From positions 1 to 64,000 of the IMG/VR virus record IMGVR_UViG_3300025751_000015: DNA of 64,000 nucleotides. One strand, written 5' to 3'. Numbering within the stretch: position 1 is the stretch's first letter; every line of letters begins with the position of its first letter. Both the position numbers and the translations under genes were made by a program. Below are positions 48,101 to 59,100 of this stretch, piece by piece. The DNA is from a virus. Lineage: Duplodnaviria; Caudoviricetes. The notes under the pieces were generated by a model, which had not been told where the DNA came from, did not search any database, and saw only the letters and a program-made list of their open reading frames with translations.

Positions 48101-51100
48101 TGTATCGCCCTGTTCATACCAAACATAAGCAACTGTGCTTAAATCCCACCAAAGTTCTCCTACGTGTTCTTCTGTCCATGCAGTGGTAGGTCTTACAGTT
48201 ACACTACTATCACCTTGTGTATACGATGCCGGATCTACATCTGACTTATAAGTAATTTCTGCTTCAGCAAGATAAGGAATTTTACCTTTGACTGGGTCAA
48301 CAGTTTCAAGAAAATCTTTAACTCTATTTGTTACTGTATTATATGTAAACGTTTTCTTAACGCTGTAAGGATCAACAGGATTGTCCTGTGTTCTTAGTTT
48401 ATTCCAGCCACCTGTTTTAACTTTTTGGAAAGACCATAAAGCACCTAGTGCACCTGTTCCATATTGATCATGATTAGGAGCACCAATTAATAATGAATTA
48501 TTTGTGTAGTTCATTCCCTTGCCAAAAGCATCAAAACTCTTTAATGTTTCTGAGTTAACCTTTTGACCAAAGACAAATTTAGTATTCAATAACGAATATG
48601 TAAACACCGTACCACTTGCATAATTTTCATCAACAAGTTTTAAACTGTTAGCATCAAATGTTGTTTCTAGTGTTGTTTCTTCTAGACTGCTATCTTCTAA
48701 TCTTGTGTATTTGTCAAATGATGTTGTTAAAACATTTCTTCCGTGTTCACTCCATACTGCAAATCCGTCGCCTGCAGGATTAACAGAAATATTTGAACCA
48801 AATTTTTCTTCTAGTTCTTTTAATGGACTGAAGATTGTTTGTTGATATGTGTATAAATCTTGACTGCTATCGTCTCCTGTTTTCTTAAAGTAGAAAACTG
48901 CACCAGCATTGATATTACCAGCATCTTCAAAAGGAGCACTTATTATTAATGTGTTTCCATTTTCACTCATTGATACTGCATATCCAAACTGATCACCTGC
49001 ATCAATTTGATTAAACGTTGTAGAACTAATAGTTTGTAGCAATTGGTATTCGTTGTTGTGTAATCTGTAAACAAACACCGCCCCTTTGCTTGCAGAACTA
49101 TCATCACTTTGTAATTCGTATCCTGGAGCACTTACAGCAATTAACGATAGATCTTTGGTTCCTGTCATTGAAGTACCAAATCTGTCTCCATCTCTGCTGT
49201 TAGGTATGCTTAAAATATGATGGTCACTTATGTTCCAATCTACCGTGCTACCATCTGCTAGTGTTGCTTTGTCATAGATATATACTTTACCTTGATGTGC
49301 TGTTTTTCCAGGTGCGCCAACTAACAGTTTTGTATTAGAAACTAATAAACTTGTTCCAAAGAACGCATCTGTTTCAGGTTCACTACAACCGATGACATAA
49401 TTTCTTTTGAAAAGATTATCTTCGGTATCATAGGTATGTAAAGTAACAACACCTTCACGTGAAAAATCACTTGGTATTGCTGTAAAATCACCAACACTTA
49501 CTCTAAAATTATCTTTGTAAGAACTGTCATCTACCGCTTTGAAGTTACTTGCTGTTGGAGCGCCGGCCGCTAGTACCGAACCGTCATTGCTTAATGCAAG
49601 ACTAGTACCAAGTGCAGGTCTTCCCGCATCACTTACAATGTTATCACTGGAGTTATCACTAATTGCAAAACCTTGTGTAGTTTGTAGCGTTGCAATGCCT
49701 GTGTTAAATTCTCTAGCAAGTACATAAATCTGTCCTTCGTCACCATAACCTGGTGCGGCAACAACAATTAATCTACCATTATCTGCAGATGCAATATTGT
49801 AACCAAATTGTTGTCCTACTAATTGATTAGGTCCTGACCATTTTTGTTCGTTAAATGCATTAATTTTTTGATACACTGCCCACTTGCCGGTTCCGTCATC
49901 ATCTGCAAATACCAATGTTCCTGCTGTTATTTTAGAAACATTTTTTAGATCATTAATATCGTCCGGATTAGTAACTCTTAGGCTTAAAAACTCTAGGATT
50001 GTACCACCGGCACTATCTTCAAGTGTTGAACTTGTGTCATTACCAATTACCTTAAATCTAGTATTTGATAATACTTCGTCAACCAAGTAAACATTATCAA
50101 CATCGTCGTTGAAGTTTTTGATACTAATAATTTGGCCTTTTACTAGATTATGATCAATATCGGTGTTAAGTGTTATTTTACCATCAAGAAAATCTGTGTT
50201 TAAATCGTCTGTTTCTACAACTCTTGCTGGAATGGCTTTTAATTGATAAACATTCCAGTCTTTGTTTTTATCTTTTGCAACCCAGATAATATCGCCGTCA
50301 TCTAATTGATTGATAATGCTACTACCAACTAAATCATTGTAACTAAATGCTGTTGTAGGAATATCATCAAGTCTAGGATAACCTGCAACAGGCAATTTGT
50401 TAATGTATTCACTTGTAATACCATCTATTGCACTAATTGTTGTTACAGGCCATGGATTATTATCATAGTCTGCAGGTTTTACAGCAATTTTATTTGCTAA
50501 TAATTGAATATTATTTCCTGGAGTTGTATTTGTTGTTACCGAGGAAACAAAATCATATGCTTGAGGGTTATCAACGTTTAATGTTTCGTCTAATGTAAAA
50601 TCAATTTCTTTTACAGTTGATGTACTTCCTAAACTACCAACCTTGAATGCCCATTCTTCATCATACGCAACATTGGTTTGAACGTCATCAACTTTTAAAC
50701 GACTTATTTTATCAATAGCGTTTGCTGTTCCTTTTTCTTTGATAAATCCTTGATAAAACTTATACTGCGAAATGTTGTCTTGGATTAGATTATCCAAGTA
50801 AAAACGTTTTTGATATCCTATCAAGTGTTGAGAAAGTTCTGTTGTGTTTACATCAAATGTTTCAGAATCAAGATTATAAAAATCTTCGAAGTTACTAATT
50901 TTAAAATCTAAGTTTGGTAATAATTCTGCATTAGGCTCATTTTCTAAGTAAATCCAATCACTGTAATTAAAAGTTTCTACGCCGGCCAAAAACGATTTTG
51001 CTGAATAGAATTTAGTTTTATATTTTACAACATCACCTAGATTATAATCTTTAAACTGTTGCCAAGGACTAATTTTTGCTTCGTCATAAACAAATCCCGG

Positions 51101-54100
51101 ACTATAAAGATCTCCGTCCCATTCTGTAGTTTTAAATCCGATTAACTTAATTCTTTCCTGTCTATAACCTGCTTCTTGATCATATATAATATCACCAAAA
51201 ATTGTTTTATCATCTAATACAACAATATGTTCTTTTTGAATTAAATTCAACTGAACGTTATAAATTCCTTCTGGTGTATCTTTCGATGATAGAACAAACA
51301 TTCCTTCGCCACGCACTGTTGAAATATTTGCACGAGGTAATGGATTGCCACCTGCGGAAAATATAGTATATTCATAAAACGTGTCTAGCACATTATCAAC
51401 TTGTCCTGTTGAATACTTAAATTTAACTTTTTGTGCAAAAGGAGATAGTGTAATAATACTACCTGTACTCCATGCTTGTGTAGTCCAGTATAAAAATTCC
51501 TTGCCACTAAATGACCAGTTAGACAATTCACCTAACTCGTTGATTTGTTCATCAAATAGAAAACCTAGAGTTTCGAGGTATTTTTCATAACCTATAATTA
51601 CATTGTAAACTTCTTGTACATTAGGAAGAACAATGTTATAAGGAATTTCTGTTATAGTTTCTTCAAATCTTCTTGGCTTCTGAACACTTGTACCACCACT
51701 TAATGGTAATTCTGCTAATCTAGAATATTTTGTTTGATCAAATGTAGTTCCGCTAGTATGATCTTCTTTTGTTCTATAATAAGATTCCTCATACTGTACT
51801 ATCTGTCCAATACCATAAAATTTTCTTTCTTGCCAAAGAACAAATTTTGCAGTTGTTCCGCCGATAACTTCTGCAGAATCCCTTTCAGAAAGTATAGGCT
51901 TGAAAATTTTAAATACAGGCTGATACTTGTCGTATCCTTTTATAAGGTAACCGGTATCAACTTTTTCAACAATAATACCTGACATTTTTGCAGTAAACAC
52001 AGGATTTGATTTTCTAAATGCTATTTCATAATTTTCCTGTGGTAAGAAAATACTCTTATCAGGACTGTTAGGATTACTGCTTTCTAATAGTATGCGTAAT
52101 CTTTCCTTGTTTACAAAAGCACCTGTTTTGTAAGTTAAGTTCATACTTGTATTAGACAGTCTATCATAGTATCCTGTTTTAACGTCTTGTCCCTTGTCTT
52201 TTAAATAATCAACCACAAAGACGTGATATCCAGATCCAAAGTATCTTACATTATTATAATAAAGATTATGAACTTTAACATCTGTAAAATCTATTATTTT
52301 TCCTGTTGACTTGTAAATGATGTTACCGCTAGGTGAAACAATATTTTGACTTGTATCAAATTGTGTTGTAAGATAGTTTGCAGGCTTTAATAATGCTAAT
52401 GCGACCTGTTCAGCAAAAGGATACCAACTGCTTGATCTCCATGCATATTCTGCTGGTCCACCATCACCAAATACCCAATCGTTATCTAAGTTAGTGCTAA
52501 TAAAACCCGAAACTAAATTTGCTTCGATCGGTGATAATAACTCTCCGTATTCGTTTACAGGAATAATTTTGCTTAGTCCTGGTCTAGCATAAATTTTGTT
52601 TTCTTTTCCAGTACCAAAATCAAATCCGTTTTCTAGATCATTCCATAAAATATCATTACCTTTTGTATAAGGTGCAGAGCCGTATCGTCCTTCCCACCAA
52701 TTAGGTTTTTCACTATATCCTAACATTTCCCATGGATCAGTATGAGGCCTATCAGTGTCAAAAAACTTTTTATAAACTTGTCTCCAATACCCAGGTAAAT
52801 CTTCATTGTTAATTGTGTCTTTTGTATTTGTTAGATTATACGAAAAAACATCTCCTTCAACTGATGTATTATTTTTCAAATAATCAATTTCGTATAGATT
52901 TGCCCAATAACCAAAATCGTCTCTAAAAACATCTACATATTCATTATAATTAAATTCTGTTTTTCTAAAACAACCGGGTCTAAATTCATTGTTATCGAAA
53001 ACATTTCTTTTATATTCTATCTTAATATTATTGTAAATTCTTTTTTCTAGTTCTAAAATAATATCATCACGATAATCATCATATGCTTTTGTCTTACTTC
53101 CGTCATGACCTTGTATTACTTTTGTTGGTGTTACGTAGGTATTATCAACATAAATTTTAGGAGTGTATTTTGGATATAATCCTAATTTTGTTGGCGTATT
53201 AGGAATAACGTTTCCTACTGTTTCATATTCATAAACAACAACCGTATCACCTATCGATGTTGGTCTTTTTAAAATAACCGTGTTATCTGTTAAATCGAAT
53301 TCGTAGTCGATACTATTGATTAGATGCTCTCCGTTGTAATAAACGTAGATACTTCTATTGCTTATTTCTTTTAAATTAAAATTACTTTGAATTCCAAATA
53401 CTTGTTGTTCAAATGTTGTAACTTCATATTCTAATTTTGTAAGTGTTCTACCATATCCTGCCATGTCGCTATAATAATATGGACTTTGAACATTATTGTT
53501 CAGAGATATCTTATATAGAATATCATCAACATCGTCTCTAGGCAACCCGCTAATTTCTATTTGCTCAAACGTTTCGATAAATTTCTGTTTAAAAATATTA
53601 TAATCTACAGCATTTTTTCTAACAGATTTAATAACATTTGTTTCAGAATCTATTAAACCAAATATCGTCGGAAGCAAACTTCCTTGGTGTTTAACATATC
53701 TAGTTCCGTTTTTATATAAGTCTTTAATGTCTCTAGCATTTGATGTTGAATTAAATTTACCGTGTATTCTTCTATCATTTACAAAAATTGTATTAACATG
53801 ATCTGTTACACTTCCTAGTGTAAAAATTTTGAGATCATTATTTTCACTATTATTAGTTAAGTTAATAGGGGTATCATAAAAACCAAATGTCGTTGGTAAT
53901 TTATCTGTTAAAATTTTTGTAATTATTCTAGTATCAGAAGGTACCGAATTAACAAAGTCAACAAATAACTGTTTACCGTTTTCGCTTTTTCTAGTTGTAA
54001 AACCTGTTGTCGGTTTAAGAATATTTCCATCTACTTGTATAGAGATACTGTCAGCATTAATATATAATCCAGGATCTTGAATTGCTATAATCTCTATAAA

Positions 54101-56116
54101 CGGAGTTTCAATAGTAGTATCATTTAACTGTACAATCTTCTGTCTTGTTTTATTCTCAACAAGACTCCAGCCTGATTCAAACACATTCTCTGTAAGAGAT
54201 GAATTTATTTTGATACTACCACTTGCTGTGTCTTGTAAAATATTTTGATTATTTTTTGCATAAACAAAACTAGAATCGTCCCAGTCAAACTCAAATACAA
54301 TATCACCAATATTGTTTACGTTTTGATATTCAATCGGAAATCCTAGTACAGGATCATTAGCACCGGTACCAACTTTATAACTTACAAGTTCATTTCCTTT
54401 AAAGTTTTCAACACCATAACTTAAATCTGAAAAACTTACTCCTTGCTGATCAAATAAATCAAATAACGGTGATTGATTGATTTTTGTTTTTTGTTGTGCC
54501 TTAACCCATTCGGTTCCGTTAAAATACCAACTGGTTCCTTTATTACTAATACCTTTGGTTACAACAACACCCTGTCCTTGTACAGGAGTGTCAACTTCTT
54601 CTAGATGTAGTCTACTTTTTCCACCATGTTCAATAAATTGAACTTCATAAATTTTACCTTTAACAGTAATGTCAGGGTCAGCATTAAAAGTTACTCTCAT
54701 GCCTGCTGTTAAATCTATTTGATCAATATAATAACCGATGTGACCTTCAATGTCGCTGAAAACGTCTTTAGTAACAGTGTCAATTAAATCTATATTACCT
54801 AACCCTTGAACAGCAAAGTTGTGTAACTGAATGTTAGGTAAAAATTCTATAATAGGTCGTTTAGCACGTAGATTTTCATCTAGTACAGTTGTTGTATTGT
54901 TATACTTGGCTGTTTTTTCAATAACTTCCTTATGGAACCATCTATTATATCTACTCCAAGGATTTTTATCAATGCTTGCACGATTAATTGTAACATACTC
55001 TGGTGTTTCAGGAGAACTTTCTGCATCATCATAAGGTGTTTGATCAAATGACTCAATGTCAAATTCATAATCAAAGTTTTGTCCATATCCTTCCGGAGTG
55101 TCAAATTCGCTTACAGGTAATAATTTAATTTTATCACCAACTCCTTCAACATAAAAGTTCTTATTTTTATATGTGCTAGGAGTAACATTTCCGTCAAAAT
55201 TTACCTTTAGTCCGTTTGTAAATTCAACACCATTCGAACTTGTGTATTCTGATTTGCCTAAAATTTCTGTAGGGATATTAATGTTTAATTCATCTTCAGC
55301 ATTTTTGATTTCAAAAATTCCCTGCATCTCTTGATGATTACCGCAGGTGTAGTAAAGGATATCTGGAGCACCTTTTGATACCGTAAAGATTACTGCACCA
55401 TTTTCTGTACCATTGTTTGTAATACCACTGTCATACTGATCATCACTTCCTGTAGTTTTAGCAAGTTTGATATAAAAAGGATGACCTGGAGCATTAATTT
55501 CAAACTTGTATGTTGCTCCTCTAAATAACTTAATAACAGGATTAGAACTGCTACCGTCTGGTGTAAACACCCATGCTTTTGAATTTTGATTAGTTACCGT
55601 AAAAGCACTAATGGTTCCTTCTGCTAATCCTGTAATTGTAACAGGACTAGGACCTTGGGGTAACCAATAGTACTGTCTATAATTTGCAATTTTATCAAAA
55701 TCAATGTGTGGATTCCACGCATAGTATTTGCTTGAAAATAGTTTATCGTGGTTGTCTGTGTTTGAATTAAAATAATTTAATTGATTAAGTAAGTCGTCAT
55801 ATGTACCTAACCAATTTGTTCGATCATCAAACTCGTCTCTGATTACAACACTAGGTAATAGATTATATCTTCTTCTATTTGATGTTGGTTCTGGAATATA
55901 TCTATCATTCGGAGAAACAGTTTTGGAATATCTACTTCCAACAAAACCATTAATTCTCTCTAGTTGTCCTTTTGAAATTAAAGGATCAACTGTAGACCCA
56001 AGAAACTTCTTGTTTGCTTCTGTTCTAAAGAACATCGGCAGTAATGCGGAACTGTTTCTATATTTGTCCTTGTTCGTTGAATTGACAGGAACGTTGCTAT
56101 TGTCACTATAAGCCAT
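42170..56116 (-). CDS. Giant 4648-aa baseplate protein (wedge/gp7-like position) with beta-propeller repeats and a YHYH domain
   Basis: Single uninterrupted ORF following the gp6-like gene; repeated FG.S/A....GAP blades; G.YHYH motif. Confidence 0.8.
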   Translation of the reverse strand: MAYSDNSNVPVNSTNKDKYRNSSALLPMFFRTEANKKFLGSTVDPLISKGQLERINGFVGSRYSKTVSPNDRYIPEPTSNRRRYNLLPSVVIRDEFDDRTNWLGTYDDLLNQLNYFNSNTDNHDKLFSSKYYAWNPHIDFDKIANYRQYYWLPQGPSPVTITGLAEGTISAFTVTNQNSKAWVFTPDGSSSNPVIKLFRGATYKFEINAPGHPFYIKLAKTTGSDDQYDSGITNNGTENGAVIFTVSKGAPDILYYTCGNHQEMQGIFEIKNAEDELNINIPTEILGKSEYTSSNGVEFTNGLKVNFDGNVTPSTYKNKNFYVEGVGDKIKLLPVSEFDTPEGYGQNFDYEFDIESFDQTPYDDAESSPETPEYVTINRASIDKNPWSRYNRWFHKEVIEKTAKYNNTTTVLDENLRAKRPIIEFLPNIQLHNFAVQGLGNIDLIDTVTKDVFSDIEGHIGYYIDQIDLTAGMRVTFNADPDITVKGKIYEVQFIEHGGKSRLHLEEVDTPVQGQGVVVTKGISNKGTSWYFNGTEWVKAQQKTKINQSPLFDLFDQQGVSFSDLSYGVENFKGNELVSYKVGTGANDPVLGFPIEYQNVNNIGDIVFEFDWDDSSFVYAKNNQNILQDTASGSIKINSSLTENVFESGWSLVENKTRQKIVQLNDTTIETPFIEIIAIQDPGLYINADSISIQVDGNILKPTTGFTTRKSENGKQLFVDFVNSVPSDTRIITKILTDKLPTTFGFYDTPINLTNNSENNDLKIFTLGSVTDHVNTIFVNDRRIHGKFNSTSNARDIKDLYKNGTRYVKHQGSLLPTIFGLIDSETNVIKSVRKNAVDYNIFKQKFIETFEQIEISGLPRDDVDDILYKISLNNNVQSPYYYSDMAGYGRTLTKLEYEVTTFEQQVFGIQSNFNLKEISNRSIYVYYNGEHLINSIDYEFDLTDNTVILKRPTSIGDTVVVYEYETVGNVIPNTPTKLGLYPKYTPKIYVDNTYVTPTKVIQGHDGSKTKAYDDYRDDIILELEKRIYNNIKIEYKRNVFDNNEFRPGCFRKTEFNYNEYVDVFRDDFGYWANLYEIDYLKNNTSVEGDVFSYNLTNTKDTINNEDLPGYWRQVYKKFFDTDRPHTDPWEMLGYSEKPNWWEGRYGSAPYTKGNDILWNDLENGFDFGTGKENKIYARPGLSKIIPVNEYGELLSPIEANLVSGFISTNLDNDWVFGDGGPAEYAWRSSSWYPFAEQVALALLKPANYLTTQFDTSQNIVSPSGNIIYKSTGKIIDFTDVKVHNLYYNNVRYFGSGYHVFVVDYLKDKGQDVKTGYYDRLSNTSMNLTYKTGAFVNKERLRILLESSNPNSPDKSIFLPQENYEIAFRKSNPVFTAKMSGIIVEKVDTGYLIKGYDKYQPVFKIFKPILSERDSAEVIGGTTAKFVLWQERKFYGIGQIVQYEESYYRTKEDHTSGTTFDQTKYSRLAELPLSGGTSVQKPRRFEETITEIPYNIVLPNVQEVYNVIIGYEKYLETLGFLFDEQINELGELSNWSFSGKEFLYWTTQAWSTGSIITLSPFAQKVKFKYSTGQVDNVLDTFYEYTIFSAGGNPLPRANISTVRGEGMFVLSSKDTPEGIYNVQLNLIQKEHIVVLDDKTIFGDIIYDQEAGYRQERIKLIGFKTTEWDGDLYSPGFVYDEAKISPWQQFKDYNLGDVVKYKTKFYSAKSFLAGVETFNYSDWIYLENEPNAELLPNLDFKISNFEDFYNLDSETFDVNTTELSQHLIGYQKRFYLDNLIQDNISQYKFYQGFIKEKGTANAIDKISRLKVDDVQTNVAYDEEWAFKVGSLGSTSTVKEIDFTLDETLNVDNPQAYDFVSSVTTNTTPGNNIQLLANKIAVKPADYDNNPWPVTTISAIDGITSEYINKLPVAGYPRLDDIPTTAFSYNDLVGSSIINQLDDGDIIWVAKDKNKDWNVYQLKAIPARVVETDDLNTDFLDGKITLNTDIDHNLVKGQIISIKNFNDDVDNVYLVDEVLSNTRFKVIGNDTSSTLEDSAGGTILEFLSLRVTNPDDINDLKNVSKITAGTLVFADDDGTGKWAVYQKINAFNEQKWSGPNQLVGQQFGYNIASADNGRLIVVAAPGYGDEGQIYVLAREFNTGIATLQTTQGFAISDNSSDNIVSDAGRPALGTSLALSNDGSVLAAGAPTASNFKAVDDSSYKDNFRVSVGDFTAIPSDFSREGVVTLHTYDTEDNLFKRNYVIGCSEPETDAFFGTSLLVSNTKLLVGAPGKTAHQGKVYIYDKATLADGSTVDWNISDHHILSIPNSRDGDRFGTSMTGTKDLSLIAVSAPGYELQSDDSSASKGAVFVYRLHNNEYQLLQTISSTTFNQIDAGDQFGYAVSMSENGNTLIISAPFEDAGNINAGAVFYFKKTGDDSSQDLYTYQQTIFSPLKELEEKFGSNISVNPAGDGFAVWSEHGRNVLTTSFDKYTRLEDSSLEETTLETTFDANSLKLVDENYASGTVFTYSLLNTKFVFGQKVNSETLKSFDAFGKGMNYTNNSLLIGAPNHDQYGTGALGALWSFQKVKTGGWNKLRTQDNPVDPYSVKKTFTYNTVTNRVKDFLETVDPVKGKIPYLAEAEITYKSDVDPASYTQGDSSVTVRPTTAWTEEHVGELWWDLSTVAYVWYEQGDTEYRKTNWGTLFPGSSVDVYEWVETDLLPSEWAEITGSVEGTSLGFSGTPKYGDDIYVTKNIYNRNTSGFETRYYYWVKNKITTPDNANRKLPAVEVANIIEDPQAYGIKSIQLLSKNAISISNVKTTLDDQNVNLNIQYRNVETDIPEHNEWQLVGEKQDQKIENELLVKKLIDSLVGYDSQGNPVPDPALPVTRKYGLQIRPRQSIFVDRLKALKTIVTFCNDVMSKTRVVDTKNIQPLFEKDAEPGSGSGKWDLKIDDFEEISQIGTQDLVTATATATLTNGKVSKVVVNNQGYGYVNAPEITLIGDGTGAKLKANIDSRGRITSIDILKKGENYSYLNLEIRPFKVLVSVDETANNNWSLYEWVSSVNNWTRTNTQTYDLNRFWSYKDYIVNGFNVDEIINYKITAPYELNTITPASGELVQIDNAGDGNKMILRKVNANGTFSNDYDLMYKAKSTIQINSSIYNYQELNFGFAGLENYDVNLFDSEPITETRKILETLKNNIFVDDLKANWNELFFIAIRYVFSEQSFVDWAFKSSFINVTNNLGTLSRKLNYKVSDPGYIESYIKEVKPYKTVIRNFINNYESLENVNAGTTDFDLPSYWDEENKRFVAVKITDDKISEQPYANWFDNYKFSVGRIDVTEEGAGYTEPPLVVISGGRTNKPTITQTSQFRPLVTTDYTDTRFFVKTTSIPDHGFLRNPGVNTVTAQNFTFEITRTPVEALDKVATPLGEIGVAVNGVVFYNPKAALTEVRNGIEYELNAVESHEELGIDDGSGHPQENGVYHYHSDPRLMYTKDKNNHSPLLGYALDGYPIYGPYGWDSPTGRSNPRVMTSSYRLKQTPRADGSDSDGRYIEDFEYVTGLGDLDQHNGRTCNTPEYPDGTYAYFVTVDPADVNKAVYPYIIGPTYYGAPILPNGNKTLPGDAVVDAAAVAYTSRGIVREIVVTNPGSGYASAPTVTLAGGGGDNAVTKPALGYAILENKKVRINTVNMTFDRLSSNKIIQTQTQTDTFRATTGQVRFKLTYLPTLDKREIDININNETVYIENYQVSIVTAKNRTYKKKEGYIIFNTPPGANATVKIEYKKSIDLMQATDRINYYYQPTAGMLGKDPAQLMTGVEYDGVQVQGLEFDISVGWDGLPWFSHGWDTFSGTNTDYAFRADGTTTTFTLPYTPESGQEINVYFDNVRQDPTNTPTIVGDGNTTTFTLGVAALDGTLVVFRQKESDGSLVPTDVNNLDAIIQGGNFSYSTATGTRPEDISLDGDGFVTPDTSHAPEEVVPGQVFDSLSMSVYNSPADGSPLIVTNRYYGNSIKRNYGFDLYPGTQDSIFVSVAGVYLENGIGYTIDYQNKEIDFVDAPEIGELVTIQTLNVGGANILERKRFVNDDSSTLFRLTANYNDVKSAFVTVNGVSQSYQILKDTDTGSAEILLTNPPDTISSGSIIEITALSISEKTYSEIIKETITDDGSSMSYRLTNIPGNIAPYHNMVIAEVKDLDTGTITRLLPPDTVYYVSNGITQQYTVSQDPEYPTFFLALGEIEVHLNGIKLVPIRDFNFDTQTNLVTFNQNVLNSGDAIAITILRNHEYELNVTGDSAGDTEANLVIIKNRASLPTNAEYQVTTFTNHDANLIRKEVYTGKLGGTYKLSRPAIDSNYIWVEIDGTPIVAERDYKVLDNNTTVEIDDKFTVTPTSRIVITTFSEEISYDSIGYRIFNDMLHRSHYKRISDQDSTTLAVKLDNTDKKISLTDASFLQTPSPENKVPGVIWIDRERIEFYKINGNDLEQIVRGTLGTGVKTSYSAGTKVIDAGPSQTVPYIETVNVYQGVIRQGLPNGTKEHVLETINISSEANAHDQVEVYLGGRKLQKPTVSTNPIKVHNVEIAYDSDETNSQGTSSDVLQTPEFTIEAVGDSTGKNYYKLVLRDEPQLGLELKVVQKQGRVWHEQGVNSASTGTTLQRAETAQAKFLLERPSGLPVINIRE

Positions 56117-59100
56117 TAGTAAGTACTACCTCCGCTACTTGAAGTGCTAGTTGAAGTAACGGAAACTGTACCTACTTGGTCGACGCTACTTACAACATTT
56201 CCTGATGACTGTAAGTTTGCGGCTGTTAGACTATCTATAATTTCAACGTTATCTACTGTAGCACTGCTAATAAAAATTTCATCTGACTTGCTTGTTATTT
56301 GGAACAAAGATCCAAATGCTTGACTATTGCTACGAGGAACAATAACAATATTTGCTAAATCCGGCGCCAATTTATTGTGAACATACGTTGCTAATTCTGT
56401 AAAAAAGAAGGTGTCACCAAAATCCCAGTTCTGTATATCAAAGAATTCATTAATCGCAGATATTACACCCGACTTTAATTGATTATCACTAATTGCACTT
56501 TGTTGTGATCTTACAATTTTAAATTGTGCTTGAAGATCCGTATCAGCGTTTGATCCAAAAAGTTCTCTATATTTTACTGTATGAAAAATTAATGTATCAC
56601 TAATCGATTTAACCTTTTCTAATGCAGGTTCAAATTGACTTCTAAGTTGTTCTGAACTTGGTTCTTCTGGTTTTGTTCCGCCATTGTTGATATAATATCT
56701 ATAAGAATCATCATATGCTTCAGTTAACATATATAAATCAATTATATTTGTTTTACTTGGATCTAATCTACGATCATTTTCAGCATTGTGAATATATTGA
56801 AACTTAACACCATCTCTGCCTGGTTTTGCAAAATAAGAATTTTGTAAATCTAAAGAACCTGTTGTTGAATTGTAACTCTTTACAACATTTTCTGTTGACC
56901 CGTAGAAATAAAATAATTGTCCATTTGTATAATCACTTAGTGCAGGAATACTGCTTTCTTTATCAAAAATTATAAAGTTGGTTGCAGAAACTTTTTTTGC
57001 AACAGTAACATTATCAACTACAGTATTTTGAAAGAAAACAAATTTATCTTTATATCCTCTAACGTCAACAGAATCGGGTGCAACAACATTTATAAAACTG
57101 TCTGGATCATCAATCATTCCGTCGTCATCAGAATCATACAAATTGACTTCTACTCTGTTAGTATCTTCAAATCCATCTGGATTTCTAATAGTACCTGTGA
57201 TTTCCCATGGATAATCTTTTGTTAATATAGTATCCAATATTGGATCTTCATTAACTTTTAAAATTTTAACTTGATCTTTGATTACTAATCCTGTTTTAGG
57301 ATCGTATGTCTTTCCTCTTGCATCAACATAAAATTGTACTAGATTTTCACTTTCAAATCTATAATCTAATCCACGATATGTAACTGTGTAAGTTTCACCG
57401 TCTGTTTCAAATAATACAAACCAACTTTTATCTGCTTTTGTTCCAGATATATCACCTTCTCTATCTAAACTAAAAGGATCAATAGTGTTAACATTGGCGT
57501 TTGTTACAATTTTCCAAGTAAGTGTTGATTGATCGTATCTGATTCCAAAGTTTTTATAGTTAAACACTAGGTCAACTATTTCTGTTTCAATATCGCTTGG
57601 TAAATCAGTAACAATATTAGGAATAATTTCACTTGGTATTGACAGTGCTGGAATAACTTCACTTAATATAATAGGACCAGTACCGTCATCCAACGCTCCT
57701 AATCCGCCATTTGAACCATCACCAACAACATTTAAAACTTTAACCCAGATGTAATCTCTAGTAGTTTTTGTTTTTGTTGTTGTTAACTCGCCATTAGGTA
57801 AAAAGTATCGCCCACTTGGAGGAACAAATTTAATCATTGAATCAGTTGCAATAAATTTGAAGTTGTTTCCAGTAAATGATCCGACAGTGATTGGTGCACC
57901 ATTAACTGTATTTCTAAAATAACCAGTAACTCCACCTGTCGTATTTGTTGACTTTACCCAATCAATGTTAAGTCCTGTGGTGTTAACCCTTGGAAACTTA
58001 TCATAGTAAAAACTTTTTGTTGCAATTCCGGCAATAATTGGCTCGACTCTATTTCTAAGAACACCTAATACATCGTTTCTAGATGAAAACGTAAATGCAA
58101 AATCAACTTCAAAATCATTTTTATAAATTATGCCGTCGTCTGCAATTATGTTGGTGCTTGAATATTTTCCTGTTGGATCTTTAATTTCAAACTGTCTACT
58201 AATTCCACTGCTTGCTCTGTTAACTGCTTTTGCCTTAACAATTTGTGGACTTGAAGTTAAAGGAAAAGTATTATAATCTTCTCCTGTAATCATTCTATTT
58301 TGTGTGTAGTAGGCCTGTGGTGCATTACGTTTGATGTTATCAACACTTTCTGTTGCACTTGCATTTGTCACTGTTGACTGTAAAGCACATTGCAATATTA
58401 ATGTATTTTGTTGTCCTGACTTACTTGTGTAACCAATCTCTAAAACAATGTTTTGCATATCTGCAGGTCTAATTGTGTAAGTTGCACCTTTTGAAATTCT
58501 GTAATATGTTTTAAAAGTTCCGTTAGGTAGATCACCAAAATTTCCATCAGCAAAGTTCAAACTAATTTGATCTAAATCTCTAGAAACAACAGTATAAATT
58601 TTTCTATTATTATTTGAAATAGAATTATATATTGCATTACTGCCAATAGTGCTGTCTAACTTAGTCCATTCGGTTTTGTAATTTCCAAACTGATCTAATT
58701 CCCATAACCAAACATCTGAATTGTTTATGTCTGGAGTATTTAGATTAATGATTTCATTGTTTGAAGGATCGTTAATTGTAAAATCTGAAGTAACTAATTC
58801 TCCTTGTTTAAAATGTACAAAGAATCCTGTGTTCTCAGAACTATTTCCTTTTTTGTCATTTCTATATAACAATCCAAATGTATTCCCTGGTAAAGGAGTT
58901 TCTTCACTAATGTTTGTTGAATCAATTTTAGCACTAACCACATCAAATGGAGTTTGTGTACCGTTAATTGATTTACTAAAAGTAAAAACAGGAATATCTG
59001 TGTTGTTACTGTTTACTTTATATAAATCAGTTTGTATTCCGCCAATAATTTCAGACGAATTAGGTTTACCGTAAATTGTTGATCCAGAAAATGCACTATT

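Noticed and set aside
33018-59074. Many + strand ORFs antisense to structural genes (e.g. 38536..38985, 46010..46336, 58721..59074)
   Set aside because: Typical shadow ORFs of long genes; no RBS or motifs.
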